From sequence record PQ390715.1: a DNA stretch of 64,000 bases; one strand, written 5' to 3'. Both the position numbers and the translations under genes were made by a program. Below are positions 37,781 through 47,982 of the stretch, one piece after another (the first letter of the stretch is position 1; each line of letters starts with the position of its first letter). The notes beneath the pieces were generated by a model. The model did no database searches. It had not been told where the DNA came from and was given only the letters and a program-made list of their open reading frames with translations.

Positions 37781-39013
37781 TTACTTATACCATTGCATTT
37801 CTCTAATATCAATGATAATTTTTGATGCTAACTTGATGTTTGGTTTTTTAGGAAGTACTGATTTCTTATATAGAACATCACGAATGTATTGTACTTTATC
37901 ATCGAAATATTCTAATACTTCTTCATACTTCCATTTACCATTACGAATATCCATCAACATTTGTGCATCTGGTCGTTTAACTTGAATAATTCCACTTTGT
38001 AATGCTTCTTCTGCACTATTCAAAAGTCGGATTGTGTGCATAGCATGTTTACAATCGTATCCGTGTTGTGATTCTAAAATAGCACGTTTGGCATTACGAT
38101 TTTCTTTCCATTTATGATAACTTTTCCTATTCTCACTATTTTCCTGATATTCTTTTTCGTTAAATTTGACAATTAGTTCTGGTTTGGTTTTCAACTCTTC
38201 AGTACTACGTTCTTTTGAAAAATAACGCAATGAACCATCATGGTTAATAGTGCTTTCATTAGGATTCTTAACAATCGCAAAAATGTTTTCTCCGTAATGA
38301 ATTAGTTCATAACCATTATTAAAATTCAATAAATTGAAATCACGATCTAGAATTTTGTCAGTAGTGTAGTTATGCACTAATTTTACAAAATGATATTGCT
38401 TTAATGGATTTTTCGAAACTAACTGCAATGACGTATCACGCATATATTTTTCAAAATCAATCTTTTTAGCATTAAATGGATGTAAGTTCGATGTATCTAA
38501 ACGTTCAACAAGATATTGTGGAAATGAATCATACATCCACGCAAGAACCTCATCGACTGGGTGTTCTTCTAAAATCTCATTTAAACGTTTTTCAGCAATA
38601 CGCTCTTTATCCATCCAACCGTGGTGATTTGTCATACGCTTAATCTGATTATATGCATATCCAGTATATGAAAATGCAATCTTAGAACTAAGAAGTTTTT
38701 GGTTAAATGAACGAAGATAGTCATAAATCTCAGTACTTTCTACAATGTGTTCTGGTTCGACCCATAGTGATTCCAATATATTAGGGTTGGCTTCAGTGTA
38801 TAATTTTAAATACTGATTTAACTCATAGAATTTAGTATCTTCTTCATTTTTATCAGCTACTTCTTTGACCTTATAGAATGGCGTAAGAATAAATTCTTTA
38901 TTAGCAAGAAAAATACCACGATAATCAGTATCACTTTCAGGTGTACTGGTTCCGTAGGCTTGTGACCCAGCCAAGTGTTTCACTATTGTTTGTTCAACAT
39001 ATTGGTTATTCAT
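37781..39013 (-). CDS. Pol-beta-superfamily nucleotidyltransferase (RlaP-like)
   Basis: GSQAYGTSTPESDTDYRG, NPNILE.LW, GYA..Q, YDCKHAMHTIRLL, IRNGKW. Confidence 0.8.
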   Translation of the reverse strand: MNNQYVEQTIVKHLAGSQAYGTSTPESDTDYRGIFLANKEFILTPFYKVKEVADKNEEDTKFYELNQYLKLYTEANPNILESLWVEPEHIVESTEIYDYLRSFNQKLLSSKIAFSYTGYAYNQIKRMTNHHGWMDKERIAEKRLNEILEEHPVDEVLAWMYDSFPQYLVERLDTSNLHPFNAKKIDFEKYMRDTSLQLVSKNPLKQYHFVKLVHNYTTDKILDRDFNLLNFNNGYELIHYGENIFAIVKNPNESTINHDGSLRYFSKERSTEELKTKPELIVKFNEKEYQENSENRKSYHKWKENRNAKRAILESQHGYDCKHAMHTIRLLNSAEEALQSGIIQVKRPDAQMLMDIRNGKWKYEEVLEYFDDKVQYIRDVLYKKSVLPKKPNIKLASKIIIDIREMQWYK

Positions 39014-39411
39014 AGATAAATTGTTAACTCCTTTAAGAAACCGTTATAATAACGATTAAAGTCATGTTCTAATGTTTTATAATCATCAAAACTAAAACCT
39101 AAATTGATAATTGTATCTTCTTGAAAGAAAGTTTCTTCATTCATACATTCAATTGGTTCGTAATTAATTCCACCTTTAAAAACTTTTGTAAAAAATATTC
39201 CATCATTATTAATTTCAACATACATAAAATTATTTTCTGGGTCACGAGGGCAGACGATATTCAGTGAACTATTTCCACTCGTGTTGTACTCATAAGAAAT
39301 TATATCAAAAGAATCAATACCATAACACTTAGATTTTTCTTTATCACCAAATACTTTTCTATCTGTACTCATATTGCGTATAGTGCTGTAGATATCATCA
39401 ACTGTAGTCAT
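39010..39411 (-). CDS. hypothetical protein, family A-like
   Basis: EETFFQEDTIINLGFSFDDY motif. Confidence 0.7.
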   Translation of the reverse strand: MTTVDDIYSTIRNMSTDRKVFGDKEKSKCYGIDSFDIISYEYNTSGNSSLNIVCPRDPENNFMYVEINNDGIFFTKVFKGGINYEPIECMNEETFFQEDTIINLGFSFDDYKTLEHDFNRYYNGFLKELTIYL

Positions 39412-39413
39412 CG

Positions 39414-39923
39414 TTAACCACCATACTTTGACTTGTATGTTTCAAGTGATAAAGAAATACGATTTTGCTTTTTAATTCTTTCATCAATATCCTTTGAATT
39501 CTTCACACTTCGGTATACGTCAGCTAGTAAATTATAATCTTCTTTATTTGAGCTATGCTGTGCCCAACCTATCTCTGTTTTAATACGAACATTTGCTTTA
39601 TTTGACGAGTAAAAGAAACTGAATCCATTGGACCCATCAAAAATATCAAAAGTATCTACCCAATCACCATAAGGAAAGCTCATTGGAACTGACTCATGGT
39701 CTATTGTGATATCCGATAAATTTTTTGAACAGTACTTCGCAAAGTGATAAACGATTGGATCACATTTTGATAATTCGTATTTGTATTCAATGATAGTTTT
39801 TCTATTAGCATCATTGATAGCATATTCTTTTATCAATGGACTTTTTTTGATGATAAGAGTCCATAGAAACGATTCTAATCCTGTTTCATCAACTTTTTGT
39901 TTCTTTTTGAAAAATGAAATCAT
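39414..39923 (-). CDS. hypothetical protein, paralogue family C
   Basis: KSPLIKEYAINDANRKTIIEYKYELSK. Confidence 0.75.
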   Translation of the reverse strand: MISFFKKKQKVDETGLESFLWTLIIKKSPLIKEYAINDANRKTIIEYKYELSKCDPIVYHFAKYCSKNLSDITIDHESVPMSFPYGDWVDTFDIFDGSNGFSFFYSSNKANVRIKTEIGWAQHSSNKEDYNLLADVYRSVKNSKDIDERIKKQNRISLSLETYKSKYGG

Positions 39924-40441
39924 TTATATAAACCCTTAATTTTCTGTCTATTATGTATATCATTTTGCTGGATTTTCAATTTAGTAAGGTTGTTTCTTAC
40001 ACCTTCAACTCCACGCATTATTTGTAACATAATTAGTGATTCGTCATATGTTAGTACATTGCTATTATTATCGATATATACTTTCACTCCACTTTCAAGA
40101 TAATCATTTTCTTTGGAGTTAAAGTTTCTAATAACAAACTTAACGCCATTTGATGTATCACTGAAAACATATCGTTCCGCACCGTAGAATGTTTTTCCAC
40201 GAAATAAACCGCCGTCTTCCCACTTCCAACGACTAGATTCATAATCATTAACGTAATCAATGATTAAAGAAAGTAAAGGGTGTTTGCTCAATTTATATTT
40301 TGCATCTAACAGGATACGTCTATCATTATCTGTGGTGATAATATCCTTTAGTGAGTAGCTTTTAGATATAATTTTGAAGATAATTTCATGCCAAATTAAA
40401 GTACTGTTTTGTTTTCCAACTGATCCAAAAAACATATCCAT
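39920..40441 (-). CDS. hypothetical protein, paralogue family C
   Basis: KSYSLKDIITTDNDRRILLDAKYKLSK. Confidence 0.75.
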   Translation of the reverse strand: MDMFFGSVGKQNSTLIWHEIIFKIISKSYSLKDIITTDNDRRILLDAKYKLSKHPLLSLIIDYVNDYESSRWKWEDGGLFRGKTFYGAERYVFSDTSNGVKFVIRNFNSKENDYLESGVKVYIDNNSNVLTYDESLIMLQIMRGVEGVRNNLTKLKIQQNDIHNRQKIKGLYK

Positions 40442-40447
40442 TCCTCA

Positions 40448-41014
40448 TTAGTATAAATCAGTAATGTCTTTGTATGCATTAATCTGTTTTTGTTGTAATG
40501 AAAGTTCATTGAGTTTAGTTACCATCTTATCTACACCAACACGTGTATAGAAAATAATTAATGAATCTAAATTGCCTAGAGTAATTCTTGAACTGTAATT
40601 TGAAAGTTTTCTTGCATAAACATAAATTTCTTCTTCACTTGGTAAACGTTTCTCAATCTGCAAGATTTCCTCACCATTCGGCTCATAATCGATTTCAAAT
40701 TCAACTCCCATCACTGTGTCTTGAATGCGATCTGTATATGAACCACCGTAAAAATACTCTCTTGGTTTGGCTCTCCAACGAGGACTAAATGGGTCAGATG
40801 CGTATTCTTTTACAAATTTGTAAAAGGACATTTTACTGAGCATATATTTCATCTCAATTAGTGCTTTACGGTCATCATCAGTTTTAAACTCTGCTTTGAG
40901 CGATGGACTTTTACACAGTAACTTAACTAAATTGTTGTACATCTTTAATGTACGTTGTTCTTTCATTTCTTTGATTTTGTGACGTTTTGGTGGTGGTAAT
41001 AAAGTTTTGACCAT
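40448..41014 (-). CDS. hypothetical protein, paralogue family C
   Basis: KSPSLKAEFKTDDDRKALIEMKYMLSK. Confidence 0.75.
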   Translation of the reverse strand: MVKTLLPPPKRHKIKEMKEQRTLKMYNNLVKLLCKSPSLKAEFKTDDDRKALIEMKYMLSKMSFYKFVKEYASDPFSPRWRAKPREYFYGGSYTDRIQDTVMGVEFEIDYEPNGEEILQIEKRLPSEEEIYVYARKLSNYSSRITLGNLDSLIIFYTRVGVDKMVTKLNELSLQQKQINAYKDITDLY

Positions 41015-41081
41015 AATTTCCTCCTATTTTTATTCAATTATACACATAAAAGAAAAGCCCGTCAATAGACGAGCTTTAAAT

Positions 41082-43811
41082 TTATTTCCAACGTGTACCT
41101 GGACCTGATGGTACACCAGTACTGGCAGGTATCGCTGAACCACGTTTCGTTGTACTTGGACGATATGTCAAAAAACGAGTTACTTTTTCTGTATCAATTG
41201 AAGTTATTCCTGAAGTTCCAGTAACTATCTTACCAATGTAAGTGCTAGTTAAAGATTCATCAATTGTTTCAGTACTAATAACATATGACGCTTTCTTAGT
41301 ATTCCTGTTCATTTGTATATACAAATAGAACGTAGTATTAGCTGGATTACTTTTTACAGTACTTAAATCTACACTTTGTATAGGTAGTCTGTCGAAAATT
41401 CCACCTAAAAACACCGGAACTTCACGTGTAAAGTACACTGAGAATCCTTGTGCAACGTCTTGTGATACTACCACAATCTTTTCTTTAACGCTACCATTTC
41501 CGCTAATTAAACCATCCATTTCAGCAGATGTTGTACCAAAAACGCTGAATACAGATTTGGTTTGATAGTCAGAATCTTGAAAATTGTAATATCCAAAACC
41601 AACACCAGGAATAACACCATGTTGATATGCTGCACCGAGTTGGATGTAACTAGATGATAAAAAACGATTTGATGTTATGACACCATCTACTGTTTTAGCT
41701 ATCATCATCTTAAATTGTGCATTACCTGGTTGTGAAAATTGATGAACTGCATCAACACCAATGTAACCAAATCCTGAATATTTAGCAACTGTTAGACCAG
41801 TACAACGTTTCATATATGCTTCAGTAATAATTCCGGTAACAGAACTAAGTGTCTCATATCTAGTACTTACCAATGTAGCTGAAGTTATGTTAGTTCCAGA
41901 TAATACAACATCAACTTCGGCATAGATTGCATAACCTTGGTTATTGTTAAGATTATATGCTGAAACTACTGCAATGGATTTAGAAAAAGTATTATCAGGT
42001 ACATAATATAATACAATTTGTCCAGATAGTGTACCAACAATGCCAGAGTTTCCTAGATTAGCAAAAATATCTTGTTTTAATGATTCTAATACCGTTGGTT
42101 CTATTGTATATGTTTCATCAAATTCTAAAGTATCTGGGTTTAATAATCCACCACTTGTTTTATATACACCTTCAATGAATGATGTTCCATAACATCTAAC
42201 ACTACCATCGGTATCAACAAGAGAAATCATAGCAGTGTATGTAAAATCATCACCTATTTGTTTACGATTAGATTGTGGTGCAAAACCATTTAATGTAGTA
42301 TTATTTTGAACTGAGTTATATTGATATGTTGGTTGTGAGCCTATTTCAGAAAAAACAGTATTATTATAATTATATGTTACATCATCATACGTACCAGAAC
42401 ATGCTAATAATATTTTTCTATTATCGATGAAACGTACACCTAATAGGTTTGCACCAACAGCACTACCAAAAACTGGTAAAACGTTTGCATTTATAACGTT
42501 ACTTGCGGATCTAGTACTAGCAACCCATGAATCAAACGGTGTACCACTAACCTTATATCGTTGTAGACCATAAAATTCAGTTGAACTCCATCTAAATTTA
42601 GATGCAAATACTAAACCATCTTTGGTTTGACATAAACCACCTGCGTTTCCTAATACACCAGCAGCAGTTGTCCCAGTAAAGTTGACCATATTGATTTCAA
42701 ATGGGTTAGAAACTTGAAATCCATTATCATATGAAACTGTAGCAGGAGCACGAGCAGAACCATCTAGTGACATAGATTTTGAGTTTATATTATAAACAAA
42801 ACTGATACCAGTACCATACACTGTTGAAATATATAAAGGTGTAACCATTCTATGGGTTGGGTATAAAGTTACACGTATTTTGGATAAATCAGTACTAACG
42901 TTTGCTTGTATATTAAAGTCTGTATAATCCGAAAATTCTACACGTGAGACTGGTGATGTAACTTCGAATAATGAATCCGAGCTAGTACCAACACTATATA
43001 ATCTATCAAACACTCTTATGTTATTAGATGCAGAATAACTTGTATTTCGAACAGTTTGCCCTGATAATCCAGTAACTTTTGTTAATGATGCCATTGAGCT
43101 TGCTTTCACATCACTTAGCTCTACTGTATAAATTGAAAGTGCTAATCCTAAATTAGAAACACTTTTATCTTTACACCAAATATATACTTTTGTTCCAACA
43201 ATATGAGTATATATAGGCATATCATTACCAAAAGAAGTACTTGGTACTTTAGCATGAATATGTGATACTTCGTTGAATGTACCATTAGTTATAGTAAAAA
43301 TATAATTATCTTCTGTACTTAAACATCCAAGCATTTCATAACCATTAGAGCCAATAAAATACTTAATATTCTCTGTACTACTCATAATTGAAGGTTTATA
43401 CATTGAATTGGTTGAAATAACACTTTCTTGTGAAATCATGGTTATATTTCTGATTTCTCGTATAAATGAATAATAAAAACCTTTAGTACTACCATTGGTT
43501 CCGCTACGCAGAACAACGGCGGTTCCATCATCTTCAATAATTGTTGGCTGAACTACTTGGTCACTTGACATAGGTGTAGCACCTTCATACGACCCACTTA
43601 CGTTTAATGGCAAGTAATCCATTTCTCCTACACGTGATATAGGCAACATATCTAAAATACTTTGAACTTCTGAACGCTTATATATTGGATATTGAACAAT
43701 TCCAGTATTGGCATTCGGTGAGGTTCCATTAAAAGTACGCATAGCGTACCTTTGTCCAATTGCCAAGTTCCCAAGGATCTCGGCACTTCCTATAATTCGT
43801 TTTGATGACAT
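41082..43811 (-). CDS. large beta-rich virion structural protein (paralogue of 44427-47123)
   Basis: Start MSSKRI after AGGA RBS; shares LRSGTNGS..G.YY and VVSQDVAQGF.VYFT.E with 44427-47123, and the C-terminal P.S.G.PS..GT.W with both partners. Confidence 0.75.
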   Translation of the reverse strand: MSSKRIIGSAEILGNLAIGQRYAMRTFNGTSPNANTGIVQYPIYKRSEVQSILDMLPISRVGEMDYLPLNVSGSYEGATPMSSDQVVQPTIIEDDGTAVVLRSGTNGSTKGFYYSFIREIRNITMISQESVISTNSMYKPSIMSSTENIKYFIGSNGYEMLGCLSTEDNYIFTITNGTFNEVSHIHAKVPSTSFGNDMPIYTHIVGTKVYIWCKDKSVSNLGLALSIYTVELSDVKASSMASLTKVTGLSGQTVRNTSYSASNNIRVFDRLYSVGTSSDSLFEVTSPVSRVEFSDYTDFNIQANVSTDLSKIRVTLYPTHRMVTPLYISTVYGTGISFVYNINSKSMSLDGSARAPATVSYDNGFQVSNPFEINMVNFTGTTAAGVLGNAGGLCQTKDGLVFASKFRWSSTEFYGLQRYKVSGTPFDSWVASTRSASNVINANVLPVFGSAVGANLLGVRFIDNRKILLACSGTYDDVTYNYNNTVFSEIGSQPTYQYNSVQNNTTLNGFAPQSNRKQIGDDFTYTAMISLVDTDGSVRCYGTSFIEGVYKTSGGLLNPDTLEFDETYTIEPTVLESLKQDIFANLGNSGIVGTLSGQIVLYYVPDNTFSKSIAVVSAYNLNNNQGYAIYAEVDVVLSGTNITSATLVSTRYETLSSVTGIITEAYMKRCTGLTVAKYSGFGYIGVDAVHQFSQPGNAQFKMMIAKTVDGVITSNRFLSSSYIQLGAAYQHGVIPGVGFGYYNFQDSDYQTKSVFSVFGTTSAEMDGLISGNGSVKEKIVVVSQDVAQGFSVYFTREVPVFLGGIFDRLPIQSVDLSTVKSNPANTTFYLYIQMNRNTKKASYVISTETIDESLTSTYIGKIVTGTSGITSIDTEKVTRFLTYRPSTTKRGSAIPASTGVPSGPGTRWK

Positions 43812-43827
43812 CTTTCTTTTCCTTAAT

Positions 43828-44415
43828 TTACCAACCAATTGTACCAGTTTCTGATGGTTTTCCAGTACTGACTGGGAATGAAGAACCTTTTTGTGTAACA
43901 CTAGGTCTATATGTACTAAATCTGGATACTTTATTAATGTTTATATTTGTAATACCACTTGTACCAACGGTCAGTGTTCCAATAAACATTATAATTTCAG
44001 ATTCTTGTATTTGTGTTGGTGATATTTTATAAATTGGTTCACCGAGAACTAACGTTGCATATACATATTGTGTTTGTGTTCCAGATGAAACAGTTGAAGC
44101 AAAAATAGAAACTGCTGGAAATTTATAAAGATAACCACCAATAAATGATGGTATCTGTCTATTAAATGTAAGACTATAGCCTGATGAAGTAATATTTAGA
44201 CTAGCGTCATCATACAATTCTCCGTATTGTGTAAGTGGTAATCCATTGACAATAAAGTTAACTTCATCTTTGGTAATAGAGGGGAATGTACATTCCCCAT
44301 TTGAATTTGTTGGGTAATAAGTCATATTATTACCTAATACACCAAGTCCAGTACTTTTACCCTGTACTGTAACTTGTTGCATTGCCTTAAGGTCTGCTCT
44401 TATTTTAAATGCCAT
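43828..44415 (-). CDS. short structural paralogue retaining only N- and C-terminal modules
   Basis: C-terminal SRFSTYRPSVTQKGSSFPVSTGKPSETGTIGW matches both long neighbours. Confidence 0.75.
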   Translation of the reverse strand: MAFKIRADLKAMQQVTVQGKSTGLGVLGNNMTYYPTNSNGECTFPSITKDEVNFIVNGLPLTQYGELYDDASLNITSSGYSLTFNRQIPSFIGGYLYKFPAVSIFASTVSSGTQTQYVYATLVLGEPIYKISPTQIQESEIIMFIGTLTVGTSGITNININKVSRFSTYRPSVTQKGSSFPVSTGKPSETGTIGW

Positions 44416-44426
44416 TATGTAATCCT

Positions 44427-47123
44427 TTACCAGTTTATGGTTCCTGTTTGTGATGGTAGACCGTAGCTAACTGGGAACGATGAACCTGCTGATTCAAGTG
44501 AAGCACCAAATATATCTAAACGTGAACGTTTTTGTATATTAATAGTTTCGATTTGAATTGCGTTAGTTTGAATAGTACCTATCCAAAAAATATTATATGC
44601 AGTTGTTCCTGTTTCGGAAATAACATCAGTAGTTATGTAGTAGTTTGCCAACCCTTGTTCTAATTTAACATATACATAAAATGTTGTATTTGCTGGATTA
44701 GATTTTATAGTTCTCAAATCAATATTTGAAACTGGTAGTGTAAAAGACTTACCTGATAGTATAACTGGTGTTTCCTCTGTAAAATAAACAATAAACCCTT
44801 GAGCAACGTCTTGTGATACTACGTTAATTGGGCTACCTTGTGGAGTCCAGTTATTATAGTCGGCTATCGTTGTTCCATATTTTTGAAATGACATTTTATT
44901 TGTATAATCCAGTGGATCAAAAATACCAAATCCAATACCAGGCAACGCAGTGGGTTGTCTTCCTTGTTCATAACTGGCATGAGAACCAGTAATAACAAAA
45001 CTTGTAAATTGTGCAGTTGATTTAGTTACATATGCTCTAAATTGATGAGTTGCTGTATTTCCTATTGTTGGATGTGTTAATGGGTCAGAACCACCAATGA
45101 AGTAGAATGAACCACCATCATAAATTGTTAACCCAACAGAAGAAGATGCAATCGAACCATTACCATTAGGTGTAAAGTTTTCACCATATGTATTTTCTAG
45201 TACTAAACGCTTAAAGGTAATAGATGTTATATTTCCAACTCTAGTATTAACGTTAACTTCAGCAATTCTAATATAGTTTTTATAGTCATTTGTTATAGTA
45301 CTCAACATAACAAAAGCCGGAATGTCAGTTTGTTGTGGAACAAATAATGTCATATCACGATAAGCTTGTGAAGATAAGTTCCAGTCACTTAGAACTTTAG
45401 CATATTCTGTATTTCTAAAGTTATCTAGAACTGATTGTGTAACACTAATAACACCAGTACCATTTAAGTTTTTATCATATGAAAATGATTGTGAATAACG
45501 TTGACCAACCATAAAAATACCGCCATTAGTTGTTACAGTTGAACCTGAAATACTACTAATGAAAATTCTATTATTGGCATTATCATCTACATAACCACGT
45601 TCAGTTGTAGGTTCATAACCTTGTATGGTTCCTAAAGATAATGATTTAAATGTAAAATTAGGAGTACTTTTATGAACTGCATATGATGGTCTAAACCCAC
45701 CACTACCAGACGCACGTGAATATTGTTTAGTACTATTATCTGGTAACAACTCCACACCATTAATAAATGAACCAACTGCTGAACCAAAGGATGGTCTAAC
45801 AACTCCACCTTTAAAATCAGTTGATTGTACTGCACGAACGTTAATCATACTATAAACAATTTGTATAGGAAACTTTGCTTTTTGCATAAGTAATGGTTCT
45901 GCTAAGTTTGGACACACAGTACAAAAAGCTTCACCTGAACTTAAGTAAAAATAAGAACTATAAATGTTTCTTGCATTAGCATGATTATATAATGGATCAT
46001 TATTTAAAACGTTACCTGTAGGCACTAATGCAGAACCAGTATTGGTTATAACCAATGGTGCTTGATATGAACCTATGTCATTCCCAGCGTCTAGGGTGCA
46101 TTGTTTAGTACTCATATTAAATGCAAAGCTGTAGCTATGTTGTGGTCGGGCATTATATGTCGCCATTGTAAACCATGCATCACCATTCATTCTAAAACGA
46201 AAGTTCTGTGTTCCTGGTTGCTGTGCAACATACAAATCAATGGATGTCATATAAATCCCAATACCACGTAGGTTTTGTGGTACATACACATAAGGCTTAT
46301 CTGCTATATTAGTTGAAGTTACTTGATTAGTAATAACCATGTTATTCTGTGCAGAATAAGTTGTATTATAGAATGTTTTTGTAGTCCATCCTGTAATACG
46401 AGTTGCCGTATATGTTCCATTGCTAATATTATATACAACTCGGACAACAACTAACTGTAGTTGGTTATTTTCATTAAGAACACTAAAGACATAGATTGAA
46501 CCATCTTCAGCCATCATTGCAAATTCTATACCACCTTCAGGGCAAATATCTGCTTGATTTACAAAAAAACCAGTATGTAATTTATCATCTAATGTACCAT
46601 TAGTAATAGAAATAAACAATCCATTAGTACTGTTAGAAGTGTCTACATATCTACCGAGTAAAATATTTGGATCAGTATTGTATAAGCCAATTGCGACGCG
46701 ATTTGAACCGAAAAAACCAGGCTTGTATTGACGACTGGTGTTAATTGTACGGCTCATGTCATCAACTGATAATGCGTTAGCCAAATATGAATAATATAAT
46801 CCCTCAACACTACCGTTTGTACCACTACGTAATAATACGAGTGTACCATCGTTTTCTAATAAAATTTTATTTCTACGTTGGGACTGGTTTTCAGATGCAC
46901 CATTGAAATCACCAGATACACCAGCAGGAAGATAGTTTTGTGACCCATAATGGGAAATTGGCATCATACTGACGATATCTAGTACTTCATCTCTTGAATA
47001 AGTATCTAGCTCCATATTGCCATTAGCATCAAATACTTGATCATTGATACCTTGTATTGTTCTTTTACCATTAACTGTCACATTATGTGTGACATCCAAG
47101 CCACCATATATTTTCTTTGACAT
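44427..47123 (-). CDS. large beta-rich virion structural protein
   Basis: S/T/N/G-rich; consensus late promoter TATAAATA upstream; paralogy as above. Confidence 0.75.
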   Translation of the reverse strand: MSKKIYGGLDVTHNVTVNGKRTIQGINDQVFDANGNMELDTYSRDEVLDIVSMMPISHYGSQNYLPAGVSGDFNGASENQSQRRNKILLENDGTLVLLRSGTNGSVEGLYYSYLANALSVDDMSRTINTSRQYKPGFFGSNRVAIGLYNTDPNILLGRYVDTSNSTNGLFISITNGTLDDKLHTGFFVNQADICPEGGIEFAMMAEDGSIYVFSVLNENNQLQLVVVRVVYNISNGTYTATRITGWTTKTFYNTTYSAQNNMVITNQVTSTNIADKPYVYVPQNLRGIGIYMTSIDLYVAQQPGTQNFRFRMNGDAWFTMATYNARPQHSYSFAFNMSTKQCTLDAGNDIGSYQAPLVITNTGSALVPTGNVLNNDPLYNHANARNIYSSYFYLSSGEAFCTVCPNLAEPLLMQKAKFPIQIVYSMINVRAVQSTDFKGGVVRPSFGSAVGSFINGVELLPDNSTKQYSRASGSGGFRPSYAVHKSTPNFTFKSLSLGTIQGYEPTTERGYVDDNANNRIFISSISGSTVTTNGGIFMVGQRYSQSFSYDKNLNGTGVISVTQSVLDNFRNTEYAKVLSDWNLSSQAYRDMTLFVPQQTDIPAFVMLSTITNDYKNYIRIAEVNVNTRVGNITSITFKRLVLENTYGENFTPNGNGSIASSSVGLTIYDGGSFYFIGGSDPLTHPTIGNTATHQFRAYVTKSTAQFTSFVITGSHASYEQGRQPTALPGIGFGIFDPLDYTNKMSFQKYGTTIADYNNWTPQGSPINVVSQDVAQGFIVYFTEETPVILSGKSFTLPVSNIDLRTIKSNPANTTFYVYVKLEQGLANYYITTDVISETGTTAYNIFWIGTIQTNAIQIETINIQKRSRLDIFGASLESAGSSFPVSYGLPSQTGTINW

Positions 47124-47157
47124 TATATATCCCTTATAAATTAGATATTAGTTAATG

Positions 47158-47165
47158 TATTTATA
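47158..47165 (-). promoter_or_regulatory. T4 consensus late promoter
   Basis: Exact TATAAATA. Confidence 0.75.
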
Positions 47166-47173
47166 TACATAAT

Positions 47174-47196
47174 AAAAAAGCACCCAACGGGTGCTT
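47174..47196 (-). terminator. Rho-independent terminator
   Basis: AAGCACCC/GGGTGCTT stem plus T tract. Confidence 0.85.
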
Positions 47197-47199
47197 ATG

Positions 47200-47670
47200 C
47201 TAAAAATCTTTATTTTTATATAGTATTCTTTGATTATTTGAACCACGGAAAGGTAATTTTAAATTCTTTTCGGACTCAATAAACTTACCATCAACTAATA
47301 CATCTAAGTACTGAAGTATATCTTTAGCATGATTTTTCATAATCTCATCTAAAGTATACCCACTCCAGCACCAAATAGTTTTACTAGGATAAGTTTCTTT
47401 AACTACTTTGCATAGATTTAAAACTTCATCTATATTCTTTTTCATTAATGGATCGCCGCCTAGAAGTGACAAACCACTAACATATGGTTTTTTTAGTTCC
47501 TGTAGTATAATCTCAACTGTTTCAGTACTGAACAATTGACCACTTCTGTAATCCCATGCTTCTTCATTGAAGCAACCATCACATCCGTGCGAACACCCAC
47601 TAACAAATAAAGAGCAGCGAACGCCCTCTCCATTTACTAAATCATCCTTGATTATCGTCTGGTAATTCAT
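47200..47670 (-). CDS. nrdG: anaerobic ribonucleotide reductase activating enzyme (radical SAM)
   Basis: NGEGVRCSLFVSGCSHGCDGCFN, LLGGDP, FRGSNNQR. Confidence 0.95.
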   Translation of the reverse strand: MNYQTIIKDDLVNGEGVRCSLFVSGCSHGCDGCFNEEAWDYRSGQLFSTETVEIILQELKKPYVSGLSLLGGDPLMKKNIDEVLNLCKVVKETYPSKTIWCWSGYTLDEIMKNHAKDILQYLDVLVDGKFIESEKNLKLPFRGSNNQRILYKNKDF

Positions 47671-47974
47671 CTAATATTGCACTCACTATTTCGACAAGAA
47701 CATCGCCGTGACATGATTTTGGTTTACAGAAACAACCAAGGCGTTTCCCTGCGAGTTCAAGTAATTCATCAATCTTAACTTCTCCACAAGAAATACGTTC
47801 AATAATGTATTCTCTGAATTTTTCAATTGATTCTTCTCTTGTACTAACAATGAACTCGGCTTTGGTTTGTTTATCTTTAATATGGGTAAATGGGTTTCCC
47901 CATTTAGACCCACGTCCAATATACACATCATACGGTTCTTTGTATTTGTTAACCACAATTGGCTTTAAATCCAT
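47642..47974 (-). CDS. DUF4326-type protein
   Basis: DVYIGRGSKWGNPF and LGCFCKPKSCHGDVL. Confidence 0.85.
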   Translation of the reverse strand: MDLKPIVVNKYKEPYDVYIGRGSKWGNPFTHIKDKQTKAEFIVSTREESIEKFREYIIERISCGEVKIDELLELAGKRLGCFCKPKSCHGDVLVEIVSAILDELPDDNQG

Positions 47975-47982
47975 AATTTACC

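Noticed and set aside
43812-43901. N-terminal 30 aa of the 939-aa track ORF
   Set aside because: Overlaps the previous gene; the RBS and paralogue alignment support a start at 43811.
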